A stretch of DNA of 50,968 bases from contig JANRKO010000063.1 of the NCBI GenBank assembly GCA_033763455.1, positions 1 to 50,968 of the forward strand, in the 5' to 3' direction. Source of the stretch: Polyangiaceae bacterium. GTDB lineage: Bacteria > Myxococcota_A > Polyangia > Polyangiales > Polyangiaceae. The notes under the pieces were generated by a model. That model saw nothing but the letters and a program-made list of their open reading frames with translations, was not told the DNA's origin and ran no database searches. The translations under genes and the position numbers were made by a program. Numbering within the stretch: the first letter of the stretch is position 1; each line of letters starts with the position of its first letter. Of the stretch, positions 1 to 10,600 are shown in pieces.

Positions 1-281
1 GCACCGTTCGTCGCTCCTCGCGAGCCGTCGCCCCGATGATCAACAGGCTCGGCCCCGTCGCAGACGCCGAAGCTGTTGACCAACGGGGCCGAGTGTTGAT
101 CGCCGGGTACGCAGTTAAACGCCTCTCGGCTTCTCTCTCCCTACGGGACAGGAGAGAGAGCGGGAGAGCTGTCCCACGCCGCGCTCATCGCGCTCGCTCG
201 GCGCTCTCTGCGAGCACCCGCGAGAGCACCGCCGCAGCACGCGCAGCGCGCGAAACGCTCGGACTTCCGGGGAGAAACGGC

Positions 282-313
282 GAAGCCCCCTCGGATCGCT
301 CCTTGGGGGCTTC
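282..313 (-). terminator. Hairpin downstream of tRNA-Asn, probable intrinsic terminator
   Basis: GAAGCCCCC/GGGGGCTTC inverted repeat about 40 nt 3' of the tRNA, flanked by AAAC/GTTT. Confidence 0.5.
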
Positions 314-354
314 TGTTTACCCACCCTCGCCGCTGGTTGGCGACGAGGAAGAAA

Positions 355-430
355 TGGCTCCAGCTCAAGGACTCGAACCTTGGACCCGGCGGTTAACAGC
401 CGCCTGCTCTACCAACTGAGCTAAGCTGGA
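355..430 (-). tRNA. tRNA-Asn (anticodon GTT)
   Basis: Reverse complement reads TCCAGCTTAGCTCAGTTGGTAGAGCAGGCGGCTGTTAACCGCCGGGTCCAAGGTTCGAGTCCTTGAGCTGGAGCCA: 76 nt with D-loop, GTT anticodon, TTCGA T-loop and encoded CCA. Confidence 0.98.
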
Positions 431-446
431 ATTCGTTGGGAGGCGG

Positions 447-474
447 AGGCTAGCCGGGCAGGCGGATAGGTCAA
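447..474 (-). promoter_or_regulatory. Sigma70-type promoter of tRNA-Asn
   Basis: TTGACC-N16-TAGCCT on the minus strand, just upstream of the tRNA. Confidence 0.6.
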
Positions 475-847
475 GAGAATTGTAGGGGAATTTGGCGTGG
501 GGCCTGAAAGTGCGGGCAGTGGGCGGGGAGCGGTCGCTCGCGTGCGGACTTCGTGCGGTTTGCTGAGTGTGCGGCGCGTTGACCGGGGCTGGGTGGTTCC
601 GTGGGCTGCGGACCCAAAACAGGCGAGGACTCAGGCACCGGGAACCTCCGTGCGTGCGTGGGGCCTGAACAAACCGGACCCGGGGTGCGTCCAAAGCAAC
701 GATGCCCTTGGCTCAGCTTTGGTTCCGCCCGCCTGGGGCGAAATGGCTCGCCGGGGCGGAAGGCACGGCGTGTGGTAACGTTCGGCATCGTTCAATCTTA
801 AAGTTGACGCTCAGATTCTGTGATTCTGTTTTTTGGAGAGCTTCCCG

Positions 848-1936
848 ATGACTTCTCAGATTAACTTCAGGGCTTTAGTTTCCACCCAGGCGCTATGCCT
901 TTCGGCGCTGCTTCTGGGCGCGTGTGGCTCAGCTACCACTACTCAACGAGTGGTGGAGACGCCCACGGGCAAAAGTGTTGAGTACGGTGCGCCGAAGAAC
1001 ACCGGGTACAACGTCGAGATATTCCCCGAGCAGGATGCATTGCGAGTTACTGTGTACGAACGCTCCCTGTGCGACAAGATCCCGGTGGAGACGACCGAGC
1101 GGGTGCAGGAAACGCTTCGAAACGGCGAGGTGGTGGAGCGTGCGCCGCTCGGAAAAGGGCAAAGAGCGGGGGAACCAAAGGGTACGGTGCCATGCGGTCA
1201 GCGGTATGCCAGCGATGCTTTGGTGTCGCTGAAGGTGGGTGACGCGGTTTATCCGATTGGTAAGACGAACGCTGAGGGGCAGGTGGGGGTGGTGCTTTCT
1301 GAACGCTTGAAAACTGACGTTTATGGGGCACCCGAGCGCGAAGTGGTGGTGCTGGTGAAGGCGCCGGGAGCCATGGAAACAATGGAGGCCGGTAAAGTGA
1401 CGGCGAGCGTGTTCCAGGAACATGAGCACATGGTGGCGGCGCTTGCTCAAAGCCTAGGTGCGCTCCTCGGGAAGGCTGAGTTAACGGCGGCTGACATTAC
1501 GGCTTCTTATGAAGCTTATGCCAAGTTGCGAGCGATTGCTCCGGAAGACGCGCGTTTTCAGGGGCTCTCCGCCCGATTTTGGGAGGTTTTTACGGGGCGC
1601 AAGCGCGACGAAGCCGCCGCCAACTTGAAGAAAAACCTGAAGGCGCTTGAAGAAGCGAAGGGCGTGCTCTCAAGCGCTAGCCTGGCTACCATTCCGCTGT
1701 TTGCGCAAATCGCGGCTAACGCACAGGCCTTTGATGCACGTGCTGCTGAATGGTCGGAGTTTGAAGTGTTGACGGGCCTTCGAGCAGCGCCTGAGATCTG
1801 CACCGCGGGTTTTGCATGGGCAAGCTTAGAGACCAGGAGTGCTCCACTGCGCTTTGCGGGGAGCTACTTGCGCGGCGTGTACGGCGATGACTACGCGGTC
1901 TCGCTCAACGGGCTGTGCAAGACGCTGAAACGCTGA
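848..1936 (+). CDS. Hypothetical lipoprotein
   Basis: Long ORF; lipobox LLLGAC after a hydrophobic signal; ATG at 848 preferred to TTG at 833. Confidence 0.8.
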   Translation: MTSQINFRALVSTQALCLSALLLGACGSATTTQRVVETPTGKSVEYGAPKNTGYNVEIFPEQDALRVTVYERSLCDKIPVETTERVQETLRNGEVVERAPLGKGQRAGEPKGTVPCGQRYASDALVSLKVGDAVYPIGKTNAEGQVGVVLSERLKTDVYGAPEREVVVLVKAPGAMETMEAGKVTASVFQEHEHMVAALAQSLGALLGKAELTAADITASYEAYAKLRAIAPEDARFQGLSARFWEVFTGRKRDEAAANLKKNLKALEEAKGVLSSASLATIPLFAQIAANAQAFDARAAEWSEFEVLTGLRAAPEICTAGFAWASLETRSAPLRFAGSYLRGVYGDDYAVSLNGLCKTLKR

Positions 1937-1945
1937 ACTGCCACG

Positions 1946-2340
1946 GGGGGTCAGCGTGCGAGAGAAGTACTTAGCATGCCAAGCATCGTTTCAACGGCGA
2001 GAACCCCCCGAGGTGACGGGTGAAGAACCGTGCGAAAAGTCCGAGTGGGGAAGGGGGTTCAGCGCGTGAGAGAAGTACTTAGCATGCCAAGCATCGTTTC
2101 AGCGGCGAGAACCCCCCGAGGTGACGGGTGAAGAACCGTGCGAAAAGTCCGAGTGGGGAAGGGGTTCAGCGCGTGAGAGAAGTACTTAGCATGCCAAGCA
2201 TCGTTTCAACGGCGAGAACCCCTGAGTGTGGTTCCGATGAGTTGTGTTTGACTTGAAAGGCGAGAACCCTGAGTGTGGTTCCGATGAGTTGTGGTTCGGC
2301 TTGAAAGGCGAGAACCCCTGAGTGTTGAGGTCAGGGGTTC
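1946..2340. repeat. Nested intergenic tandem repeat array (108/107-bp and 48-bp units) with GAACCCC/GGGGTTC hairpins
   Basis: AGAGAAGTACTTAGCATGCCAAGCATCGTTTC starts at 1961, 2069 and 2176; GGCGAGAACC at 1996, 2104, 2211, 2259 and 2307; terminal inverted repeat 2312-2321/2331-2340. Confidence 0.95.
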
Positions 2341-2423
2341 CGTTGAATGGTGGGCACGGTGTGCCCACCGTTGTTGTGTTGCGGTGCAGCGGCATGGTGC
2401 TGCACCGTGCTGTGGCAGCGCCG

Positions 2424-5400
2424 TTACTTCAGATCGATGGCTTGCACGCCCCAAGGGCCGCTGGCAACGTAGAGGGTGTCTCCGACGCGGTCGAGGGAGT
2501 TCATGCCCCAGCCTCGGGTGCGCACGAAGCGATCATACGTGGGGCCATTGGCGCCTAGACGGAAGATGTCGAAGCCTTGTTGGCTCCAACCGCTTTGCAT
2601 GAGCGCAACATCCCCCTCCACGGCGACCAACCAGCCCCAGCCGCCTTTTGCAGGAGTGCTGGTGATGGTGAGTTGGGTGGGGTTCGAGGCGTTGATCTGA
2701 AGCAGCTCCAGCACGTCGCGGTAACAGTTGTTGGGCTCGGCAATGGTGTGCTGGAAGGACGTGTAGATCTGGTCGTTTTGCACGAACAGATTACCCACGT
2801 AACCGTCGAGCTGCGTGGAGCTGAGAAGCTGCGCCTTGCCGCCTCCGAGCTTAGCCACGTTCAAGCGATTGCGTGTGAACGTGTCTTGGTATTGGTAATC
2901 GATGAAGTAAAGCACGGAGGGATCGGAGGTTGAGGCGCCCGCGAGCATGCCCGGAACGTTTATTTTCTCGGAAACTCTGGGCGCACCGGGCATGGAGAGG
3001 TCAATGCGATCCAGGTAGTAGCGCACTACGCCGGGCGTATACTTGTCGCCAACGGACTGAGGCTCGATTACCCACTCTTGATGGTTTGCATACAGAGTAT
3101 CGCCCACGGCCCGCAAGTTTCCCCAACCGTTAAGTTCCTTCGTGATCACCTGTTCGCCCAAGACGGGGTTGTTCGGGTTGCTGAGGTCAACTACTGACAG
3201 TACTTTGTACTCCAGGCCCTTGCCATCGGGCGTGGGCTCATATTTGTAGCTCTGGAAGGCCAGTTTATTGCCGCCAACCTGAACCACGTTGTTCCCGCCG
3301 TACCAGTAGCTGCCGTAGAAGCCGATATCCCAGCCGTAATACCAACCCTGAAGGCCGTCGGGCAGCTTCAACTTTCCGAGCAACTGCGCACCGCCAGGTA
3401 GAATTTCCACGACCTGGATTTGTTGGAAGGTATGCGCGCAGAGGTTAGTCGTACCGCCGCCGGGAAGCGCAGGTGCTGCGGCGTCGCCCGAGGAGGGTGC
3501 GATCTCTTTGCCACCCCCGCCCTGAGAGGCAGGGAGCGTAGCGCAATCTACCTGTTCAGTGATGGCAGAGAGCACGTAGTTGTAATTCCCGTTGCGGAAA
3601 ACTTGGGCATTTTGCCCAGGAATATCCAAGTGTGCGAGCTCTTGGCCGCTCGCGGTTTCCTCGGCTTGAGAGGGCGGGACGACAATGAGCTCGGAGGTCT
3701 GCGTGTTGTTATTGTAGAAATCGCTAGAAACAGTGACCACCTGCTGCGCATCGGCCTGCACACTTACGATGTTCCGGGCGAGCGTTACTTCCTTGGTAAC
3801 CTTGGGGTTGGCGCGATCCGCGTAGTCCACCACGGTGAGCGCGGTATCACTCAGCGAGACAATTCGGCCCTTCACGAAGATGCCGCGTTCAACCCAGCCT
3901 TTGGTCTTGGCTGCCCCGGCGGTTTTGATTGTGGTCGGCGTGAACTCGATGAGCTGAACGCCGTTGTTGTAGGTTTGGTAGTTGTTCGACCATCCGCTAA
4001 ATGGGAGCACCACTAGGCCTTCTTGGTCATTTTTGGTGAACGCCTTGAAGGTTCCGGCGGCTGGTGTCCAGGCCCACCCGTCGCCAAACGTGGCGCTTCC
4101 GAGCGATTGTGGTGCTTTCGCATCGGTAACGTTCAGGTAATTCACCGTGATGCGGCTGTCCCACTGCCCCGTGGTGGCATCGTAGCCGGAGCTGCCCAGC
4201 GTGAAGATGTTGTTACCGGCCGGCGTGAAGTTCCACACCGTGCCGAGCACGCTGGTGGAGCCTGCCAATACGGGAGCCGCTGGGTCCGTCACGTCGAAGA
4301 TTTGGATGGGCGTGGCGGTTGTGGTTTGGCCGTAATAGCTGTCGCCGACGGGCGCCAGGTACATACGGCCCTGATCGAAGCGCACTGCCGGGGACCAAGA
4401 AGAGCCCGCGATGGCGATCTGGCTTTTGAGCGTGGGCGCGTCCGGATTCGTAAAATCCGCCGTGACCAACGAGAAGTTGCCGTTGCCGCCCCCACAATAT
4501 TGGGAGCCGCAGCCAAACACACGTGCCACTTTCCCATCGGCGAAATCGAGGTTCCAGCGGCCGTTGTCTGTGCCGTAACCTTGAACGCTCGCCTGGAATT
4601 GGAGCGAACCTCGGGGGCGAATGGTGCCGCCGGGATCGCTGATATCAAGGTAGTCGAGAGCGGCGGTTGGGAGCTGCATTACTGGTGGTGATGTGACGCC
4701 GGGCGCTGCGGTCCCGATGGCGCCGCCCATCATGCTGCTGCCGCTGCCGGTGCCCGCTGGCTCAGTCGCAGGAGTGGGGGTGGCCGGAACGACGACGTCA
4801 TGTGCGAAGAGAATTGAATTGGGTGTAACGTTGAAGATGCCGGAGTAACCGTTCACTTCGTAGCGGCCTTTGGACTGAATTTGGCCGCCCGCAAAGCTCA
4901 CCGAGGAAACGACGGCCTTGGACCCACCGTAGCCACCAGGACCAATGGCGACACCCGCCGTAGGTGTGGCCACGCCACCCACGCCCGTACGGCCGTTAGC
5001 TCCAAGACAATACGAGCTTTCCCCCTGAAGCGCGTAAGACCAACCATAATCTTCGCTCACCGCATAAAGCACGTCTCCCACAACGCGCGTATCGCGCACC
5101 CAGCCGCCGAGCTTGGCTTCTCCCGTTACGCGGATGCTCCCGGCATCTTTGACGTCCAGCCCGCGCACGATCGAGCCGTGAAACGGCGTTCCGTCTTCCA
5201 TGGTGCCGATCCAATCGGCCACCACGACCACCGCGAGACCATCTTTCACAATCATCTCTACGGGCTGCCCGAAGATAGGCGAGCGCCCAATCAGCTTTGG
5301 CTCATCCACCTGCGAAACGTCGAATACCATGAGGCCGCGATAGCCGTTCAAGACGTACAGACGGTCGCCCTCAAGGCGGTAGATATCAGTTTCTTGCACG

Positions 5401-5651
5401 GTGCGCGGTGCGCCCGAACCTGGGTTACCACCGGCAGTCGGCGCATTGGGCGCGGCTTCTGGTGCGCCGGTTGCGACGCCACCTTTCGAATCGGTAGCTG
5501 CGCGGCCTGGGCCCCCGCTATTGGCTGGAACAGAGGTGAACTCCGTTTGCCCTGGCTCAAGAGTGCTGGGGCTGGGTGTCGTGTCGGCACCGCCGCAGCC
5601 GATGAGGCCCCAAGCCGTTAACAAGCATACGAAAGAAGAGTAGTGTTTCAT
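2424..5651 (-). CDS. Secreted beta-propeller domain lipoprotein (Beta_propel/LVIVD-like)
   Basis: VQETDIYRLEGDRLYVLNGYRGLMVFDVS..P motif and repeated D(V/I)SDP.AP blades; start MKHY...GLIGC with lipobox and RBS AAGGAG at 5662-5667. Confidence 0.85.
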   Translation of the reverse strand: MKHYSSFVCLLTAWGLIGCGGADTTPSPSTLEPGQTEFTSVPANSGGPGRAATDSKGGVATGAPEAAPNAPTAGGNPGSGAPRTVQETDIYRLEGDRLYVLNGYRGLMVFDVSQVDEPKLIGRSPIFGQPVEMIVKDGLAVVVVADWIGTMEDGTPFHGSIVRGLDVKDAGSIRVTGEAKLGGWVRDTRVVGDVLYAVSEDYGWSYALQGESSYCLGANGRTGVGGVATPTAGVAIGPGGYGGSKAVVSSVSFAGGQIQSKGRYEVNGYSGIFNVTPNSILFAHDVVVPATPTPATEPAGTGSGSSMMGGAIGTAAPGVTSPPVMQLPTAALDYLDISDPGGTIRPRGSLQFQASVQGYGTDNGRWNLDFADGKVARVFGCGSQYCGGGNGNFSLVTADFTNPDAPTLKSQIAIAGSSWSPAVRFDQGRMYLAPVGDSYYGQTTTATPIQIFDVTDPAAPVLAGSTSVLGTVWNFTPAGNNIFTLGSSGYDATTGQWDSRITVNYLNVTDAKAPQSLGSATFGDGWAWTPAAGTFKAFTKNDQEGLVVLPFSGWSNNYQTYNNGVQLIEFTPTTIKTAGAAKTKGWVERGIFVKGRIVSLSDTALTVVDYADRANPKVTKEVTLARNIVSVQADAQQVVTVSSDFYNNNTQTSELIVVPPSQAEETASGQELAHLDIPGQNAQVFRNGNYNYVLSAITEQVDCATLPASQGGGGKEIAPSSGDAAAPALPGGGTTNLCAHTFQQIQVVEILPGGAQLLGKLKLPDGLQGWYYGWDIGFYGSYWYGGNNVVQVGGNKLAFQSYKYEPTPDGKGLEYKVLSVVDLSNPNNPVLGEQVITKELNGWGNLRAVGDTLYANHQEWVIEPQSVGDKYTPGVVRYYLDRIDLSMPGAPRVSEKINVPGMLAGASTSDPSVLYFIDYQYQDTFTRNRLNVAKLGGGKAQLLSSTQLDGYVGNLFVQNDQIYTSFQHTIAEPNNCYRDVLELLQINASNPTQLTITSTPAKGGWGWLVAVEGDVALMQSGWSQQGFDIFRLGANGPTYDRFVRTRGWGMNSLDRVGDTLYVASGPWGVQAIDLK

Positions 5652-5678
5652 GTGTGCTGAGCTCCTTGGGATAACGTT

Positions 5679-5696
5679 AAGCAAAGAGTGTGCCCT
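5679..5696 (-). promoter_or_regulatory. Sigma54 (-24/-12) promoter upstream of the beta-propeller gene
   Basis: Minus strand reads GGGCACACTCTTTGCTT (GG-N10-GC), placed about 13 nt before the RBS. Confidence 0.55.
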
Positions 5697-5800
5697 TGGG
5701 CACGCTGCCGAAGTTTTTGTTTGGTGTTCATCCGCGAGTGAGTGTGAACCCTGACATCTTGGCCACACCAGTTGTGCCAGGTGAGCCACCCTGGAATTGG

Positions 5801-6526
5801 CTAGTTGGCGAAACATGCTGCCTCCAGTGTGCTGGCGCAGGATTGCGTGGCCGGAAGTGTTAACTCAGGGCTGTTCGTTGAGACTCCAGAACTATCAGTG
5901 AGCGAGCACCCACACCTGTAAACGCGCGTTTGGTCATTGAAATCTTGCGCGCAGTGCCCCGAACGAACCTGAGTGGCACTTGGTACGGACTTGGAACACG
6001 TGGCTTCTGCAGGCACCGGCACGTGGGCACACTGAGCGTTCAATAGGCTGCCGCACTCAGACCCATACACCGCGCCACTCCACACTTGAGGTGTGCCGCC
6101 GACGCATTGGCAGGACCAATCCCCAGCAACTAGATCGCAAAAGCCGCTAAAATCCTGGCACGGGCGAGCTTCGGGGCGACATGCGTCGAGTGCCTCGCTG
6201 CAGGTGGTGGCTGAGCTTCTACGGGATGCTGTGTAGTAGCTGCAGGAGCAATCGAAGCGCCCATCAACCGAAGAGAGCGCGCAGCTGCCCCAACCACTGT
6301 TGCAGTTAGCCTCTGTCGCCGGAGGCTGTCGCGGGGGCTGTTGTGCCGTTTCCGCAACGGCTGGGCCAACACCGCCGGTTGGGCCCTGTGGGGCGCCCGA
6401 ACCGACACCTTTCGTGTCGGTTTGGGAGACCGCCGGGAGGTCCGGACCAAACGATGGATTGCCTGATTCTGTGCCTGCGCACGCAAATGTGAACGCGGTG
6501 ACTAGAATGGGGAACCAAGCCTTCAC
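5801..6526 (-). CDS. Cys-rich lipoprotein with N-terminal GTESGNP motif
   Basis: Signal peptide, lipobox TFAC followed by AGTESGNP, repeated CxC motifs; 4-bp overlap with the upstream TIGR02147 gene. Confidence 0.8.
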   Translation of the reverse strand: MKAWFPILVTAFTFACAGTESGNPSFGPDLPAVSQTDTKGVGSGAPQGPTGGVGPAVAETAQQPPRQPPATEANCNSGWGSCALSSVDGRFDCSCSYYTASRRSSATTCSEALDACRPEARPCQDFSGFCDLVAGDWSCQCVGGTPQVWSGAVYGSECGSLLNAQCAHVPVPAEATCSKSVPSATQVRSGHCAQDFNDQTRVYRCGCSLTDSSGVSTNSPELTLPATQSCASTLEAACFAN

Positions 6527-7365
6527 GACACGGGCTCCTTTTCGTCAGGCTGCGACAAAGCAAACAGTTGAAAGGCCACCTGCACCACCTGTTCAGGTTC
6601 GCTTTCAAGCTCAGCCAGCTCCAAGAGCTCTCGACGAAAGGCTGCGATGCGCTGCTTTAAGCGCGCGATGCCACCACGCCCCACACACACCGTGATGCCG
6701 GTGATGTCGCGATCACTCGGAGTGAGCCGATCCAGCGAAGAAGCAGCGTGATTCATCATGGTGCGGTGGTAATTGGCTAGATGCAGCGAGCGCACGTGGT
6801 CTGGCCCGGTGGACACCGTTTTGTCAACTTGCCGTAGACGCCCGCTCGCATCGCGTACCAAGAGCCCAAGCTCGATCAGTGTGTCCAGCGCGAGCTCGGC
6901 TTCCGCCGGCTTGATCTTTGGGGAAAGGTGTTCGGCTATCCACACCGGATCTTCACGAAAGCTCACGCTCATCACCAGCTCTCGAATCGCGGGCAAGTAC
7001 CACTTTGAATGATAGGCGTCCTGAGCCGCGGCTAACTGATGATTCTGTCGATAACGCTTGAAGCGTTGAAGTGCGGCGTAGCGCGCATTCCTCTCGTCTA
7101 CGTCTTTGGCCTGACCGAAAGCCACGAGGGCCGAGAAATACTCAAGAGCCGGACCTTCAAGCTGGCAAGCCTGCGCAAAGCGCACGGCCATCTTAGCCGT
7201 TAAGTTACGGTCGCCATCCATCACAAGCTTTAAGTAATTGGGAGACTTCAAACCTGCACGGCGTGAAAAGCCCCGAAATGAAAAATCAGACTCCGACTTC
7301 TTCTGTGCGTAGAAGTCCCGCAGAAACTCGCGGTAGTCCAAATAGGCAAACACTTCGGGTAACAC
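6523..7365 (-). CDS. TIGR02147 family protein (HTH plus DUF4423)
   Basis: VFAYLDYREFLRDFY..KK..FSFRGFSRRAGLKSPNYLKLVMDGDRNLT, WYLPAIREL and a C-terminal QVAFQLFALS. Confidence 0.9.
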   Translation of the reverse strand: MLPEVFAYLDYREFLRDFYAQKKSESDFSFRGFSRRAGLKSPNYLKLVMDGDRNLTAKMAVRFAQACQLEGPALEYFSALVAFGQAKDVDERNARYAALQRFKRYRQNHQLAAAQDAYHSKWYLPAIRELVMSVSFREDPVWIAEHLSPKIKPAEAELALDTLIELGLLVRDASGRLRQVDKTVSTGPDHVRSLHLANYHRTMMNHAASSLDRLTPSDRDITGITVCVGRGGIARLKQRIAAFRRELLELAELESEPEQVVQVAFQLFALSQPDEKEPVS

Positions 7366-7649
7366 CTTTGGGCAGTGTGACCGGTTTTGGCGGCCTACGG
7401 AAGGGGTGGTCTAATATTTCCGTATACGATGGCGTATACAAAGTGCGCCAATTTGTGCAAATTGAGCGCCAGAATGGACCAGGTGGCGCAAATTTCTCGT
7501 ATACACCCTCAAGGATTCAGACTCGGTAAACCCGAGTGGGGAGATGTCAGCGAGACACCTCCGTGGTGCGATATCATTGGCCCGTTAGGTCGGTCGAATT
7601 GCGCAGATCTGGTTAGGGTTATCGCTAGGAATGCTGTAAACATCCTTTC

Positions 7650-10600
7650 ATGCGGCAGTTGTTTCGACGCGCCCTCTTGGGTGCTTTGGGCTTGGGTTTG
7701 TCCGGTGGCGTCATGAGCTCGGGGTGTTCAAGTGGAGAGAAGCCCGGGCCTTTGGGCTCGGGTCCAGATGGCGCAATAGGGGGAGCAGCTGGCAGCGGAG
7801 TAACGCCCACGAGTGGCGGTGCCAGCTCGGCAAGCGGTGGGTCGGGCTTTATGATCCCAATCGATGGCTCTGGGGGTTCGAGCGCGGGGAGCGGAAACGT
7901 AGATCCCTGCGGGGCCCTCAATTGTGGCCCGGGCCAGGCCTGCATGCTGAGTGGCAGCACGGCCACCTGCGTGAACCGAGAGTGTTCACAGCTTAACTGT
8001 GCATCGGGCACGCACTGTATGCCACACCCCATGGGCGGGAATGTGTGCGCCGCAAACTGCACCGGCGATGTTCAATGTCCGGCGGAGCAATTCTGTGACG
8101 GCACGAGTTGTATGCCAGACGCGTGCACTCCGGGCACAAGCGTGTGCCAGGGTAATCAGGTCTTAGAATGCCCTTCCAACGGGAGTGCCAACCAAGCCAA
8201 GGCGAGCTGCGGTTCGGGTGCATATTTTACCAGTCAATGCGCGGCAGCGGGTGGCAGCGCGAGCTGCTCTTGTGAAGACGACTGGGATTGTCCGGCGTAC
8301 ACCACCTGCGAGGTCGGGGCGTGCGTGGGCACAGGCAAAGCACCGACGTGTACCCTCCCGCCGCTACCGTTTGGGAGTACTCCGCCCGCCGTTGAGCTGC
8401 ATTGGGGCGGTGATGGCCGTGCGGATCTGGTGGGGCACGACGGGACTCCGGGGCGCGCGGTTCCTCCCTGGGGATCTTTTAATCAGGTGATTTCAACTCC
8501 CATCGTTGCCAATCTGGATGATGACAATGGGGATGGCCTGATCAACGAGAGGGATTTTCCGGAAATTCTCTTTACTTCCCATAAAGGAGATCATCCGTGG
8601 GATAACGGTGTAGTCCGCGCTGTGCATGGTGGCGGTGCACGTAAAGGTGCTGACTACTTCGCCCGCTGTGGCACGAAGGTTTGGCAAGAGTCAGCTAACT
8701 GCCAGCCTGGCGCTGGAGGTACTGGAGGTACGGGGGGAGTGTGTGACCCACTGGCCAACATCCCGACCTGTGGCGATAACGATCCCGATGGTGACTCTGG
8801 AGCGCCTGTGGCAGTGGGTGATCTCAACTACGATGGTGTTCCCGAGATCGTCTACGGAACAGACTCCAATAAGTTCAATATTCTAGATAACGAGGGAAAT
8901 CTGCTGTATGCGCTGCAGGTCGCGTGGACCCCGAGCGAATCCGGTGAAACCATCAGCATTGTCAATTTAGATTTCGCGGGCTTTGCCGAGATCATTGTTG
9001 GGCGCGCGGTCTATGTGCTGGGCAACGATGCTCAGGGAAAGTTAATCGTTACACACAAGTTGAGCGGAGGCCGCACCACCGGGACGAATCAGGTTTCCGC
9101 GATGACTTGCGCCGCCGATCTCCGAGCGGACAAGTCGGGCATGGAGTTCGTAGCGGGAACGGCACTCTATCGGATGCCGGATACCCTGCCCGCGTGCCAA
9201 ACACCGCCTTGCAGCGTCAACCTAGAATTGGTTTGGGACGCCTCAGCCGTGAATGTGGACGGCAACAACGCACCGATTCTCACAGGTGACAAAGCGGACG
9301 GCTTTTGCGCTGTGGCCGATGTTTGGGGCGCCAATGTCGGGGTTGCACCCGGGCCCTTAAACCCACCAGACGGAAAGCCCGAAGTCGTGCTCATCAGCGA
9401 CGGGTACCTGATGATCTTGGATTCCCAGACGGGACAAATCATTGATCGCCGCAACCTGAATGGTGGCGCTCGCGGTGGGGCGCCCAACGTCGATGATTTC
9501 GACGGAGACGGCTTCGCCGAAATCGGCTCTGCCCTTCAGGATTTCTTTGTGGTGGTAGATCTCCAGGAGCCAACGGCTGCAAATGGGGCTTGCGCCGCGT
9601 GGCCCACAACCATCGCGCGGGCAACGCAGCAAAACGGCAGCCATAACAGCAACCCAGCGCGAAACCCGGGAGGCGGAGTTAACCACGCGTGCACCCAGAA
9701 TTCCGATTGTGCGGCGGGTGCTTTCTGCAACGTTGGCCGCGGCGAATGCAGCTGTTACCACAATGGCTGGCAGCGCGATAGCGACGACGACTCGAGCCGC
9801 GCCACCTCCTCAAGTGTGTTCGACTTCAATGGCGATGGTGCGGCCGAAGCGCTCTACAACGATGAGTGCGATTTTCGCGTTTACGATGGCTCGAACGGAG
9901 AAATTCTCTATTCGGAGCTCTCACGCAGCCGCACAGGCATCGAGAACCCGGTGGTGGCTGATGTGGACAACGACGGCAACGCCGAAATTGTTACGGGGAT
10001 GAACACCGCCGAACCCAACCGTTGCGACGACGATCCAGGGGGCATTCCGCTAGGGCCCCAGGGCATTCGCGTCTGGGGAGATCCCAGCGACACGTGGGTG
10101 TCCGCTCGTCGCATCTGGAACCAACAGTCTTACCACGTGACCAACGTCACCGAGGGTGGGCAGATCCCACTGCACGCACCTGAGAGTTGGAAGCCACTCA
10201 ATGGGCGCCTTTACAACACCTACCGCTCCCAGCCGCGCTCGTTTGGGTCAGCTCCCGATCTTACCGTAACCGGCTTGGGCGTTTCTTCACCCGATGTCGC
10301 CTGTGGCACTCTGAGCGATACCCTGCTTATCGCGTTTGAGGTGAAAAATGCAGGTGATCTGCGCGTGGGGCCTGGAGTTGTGGTGAGCTTCTCTGGTGAA
10401 TGGAATCAGGTGAGTGAGGCGCTGAAGAATGAGCAGGGGCAACCGCTCACGTTTACGCTCAATACGAGCCTTGAGCCGGGCGCATCCGTGGTCCTCAATG
10501 TCACTTACAAACAAGCAAGCAATGGGCACGGCTCGTTGCCCAGCAGAATAACAGTGACTGTTGATAGCTCGCCGGGTATGCCAGCCGGAACAGAGCGAGA

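Noticed and set aside
1946..2340. CRISPR array
   Set aside because: The segments between repeats are near-identical rather than unique spacers, and there are no cas genes in the window
5652..5816. N-terminal extension of the beta-propeller ORF to 5816
   Set aside because: The RBS, signal peptide and promoter all support the start at 5651
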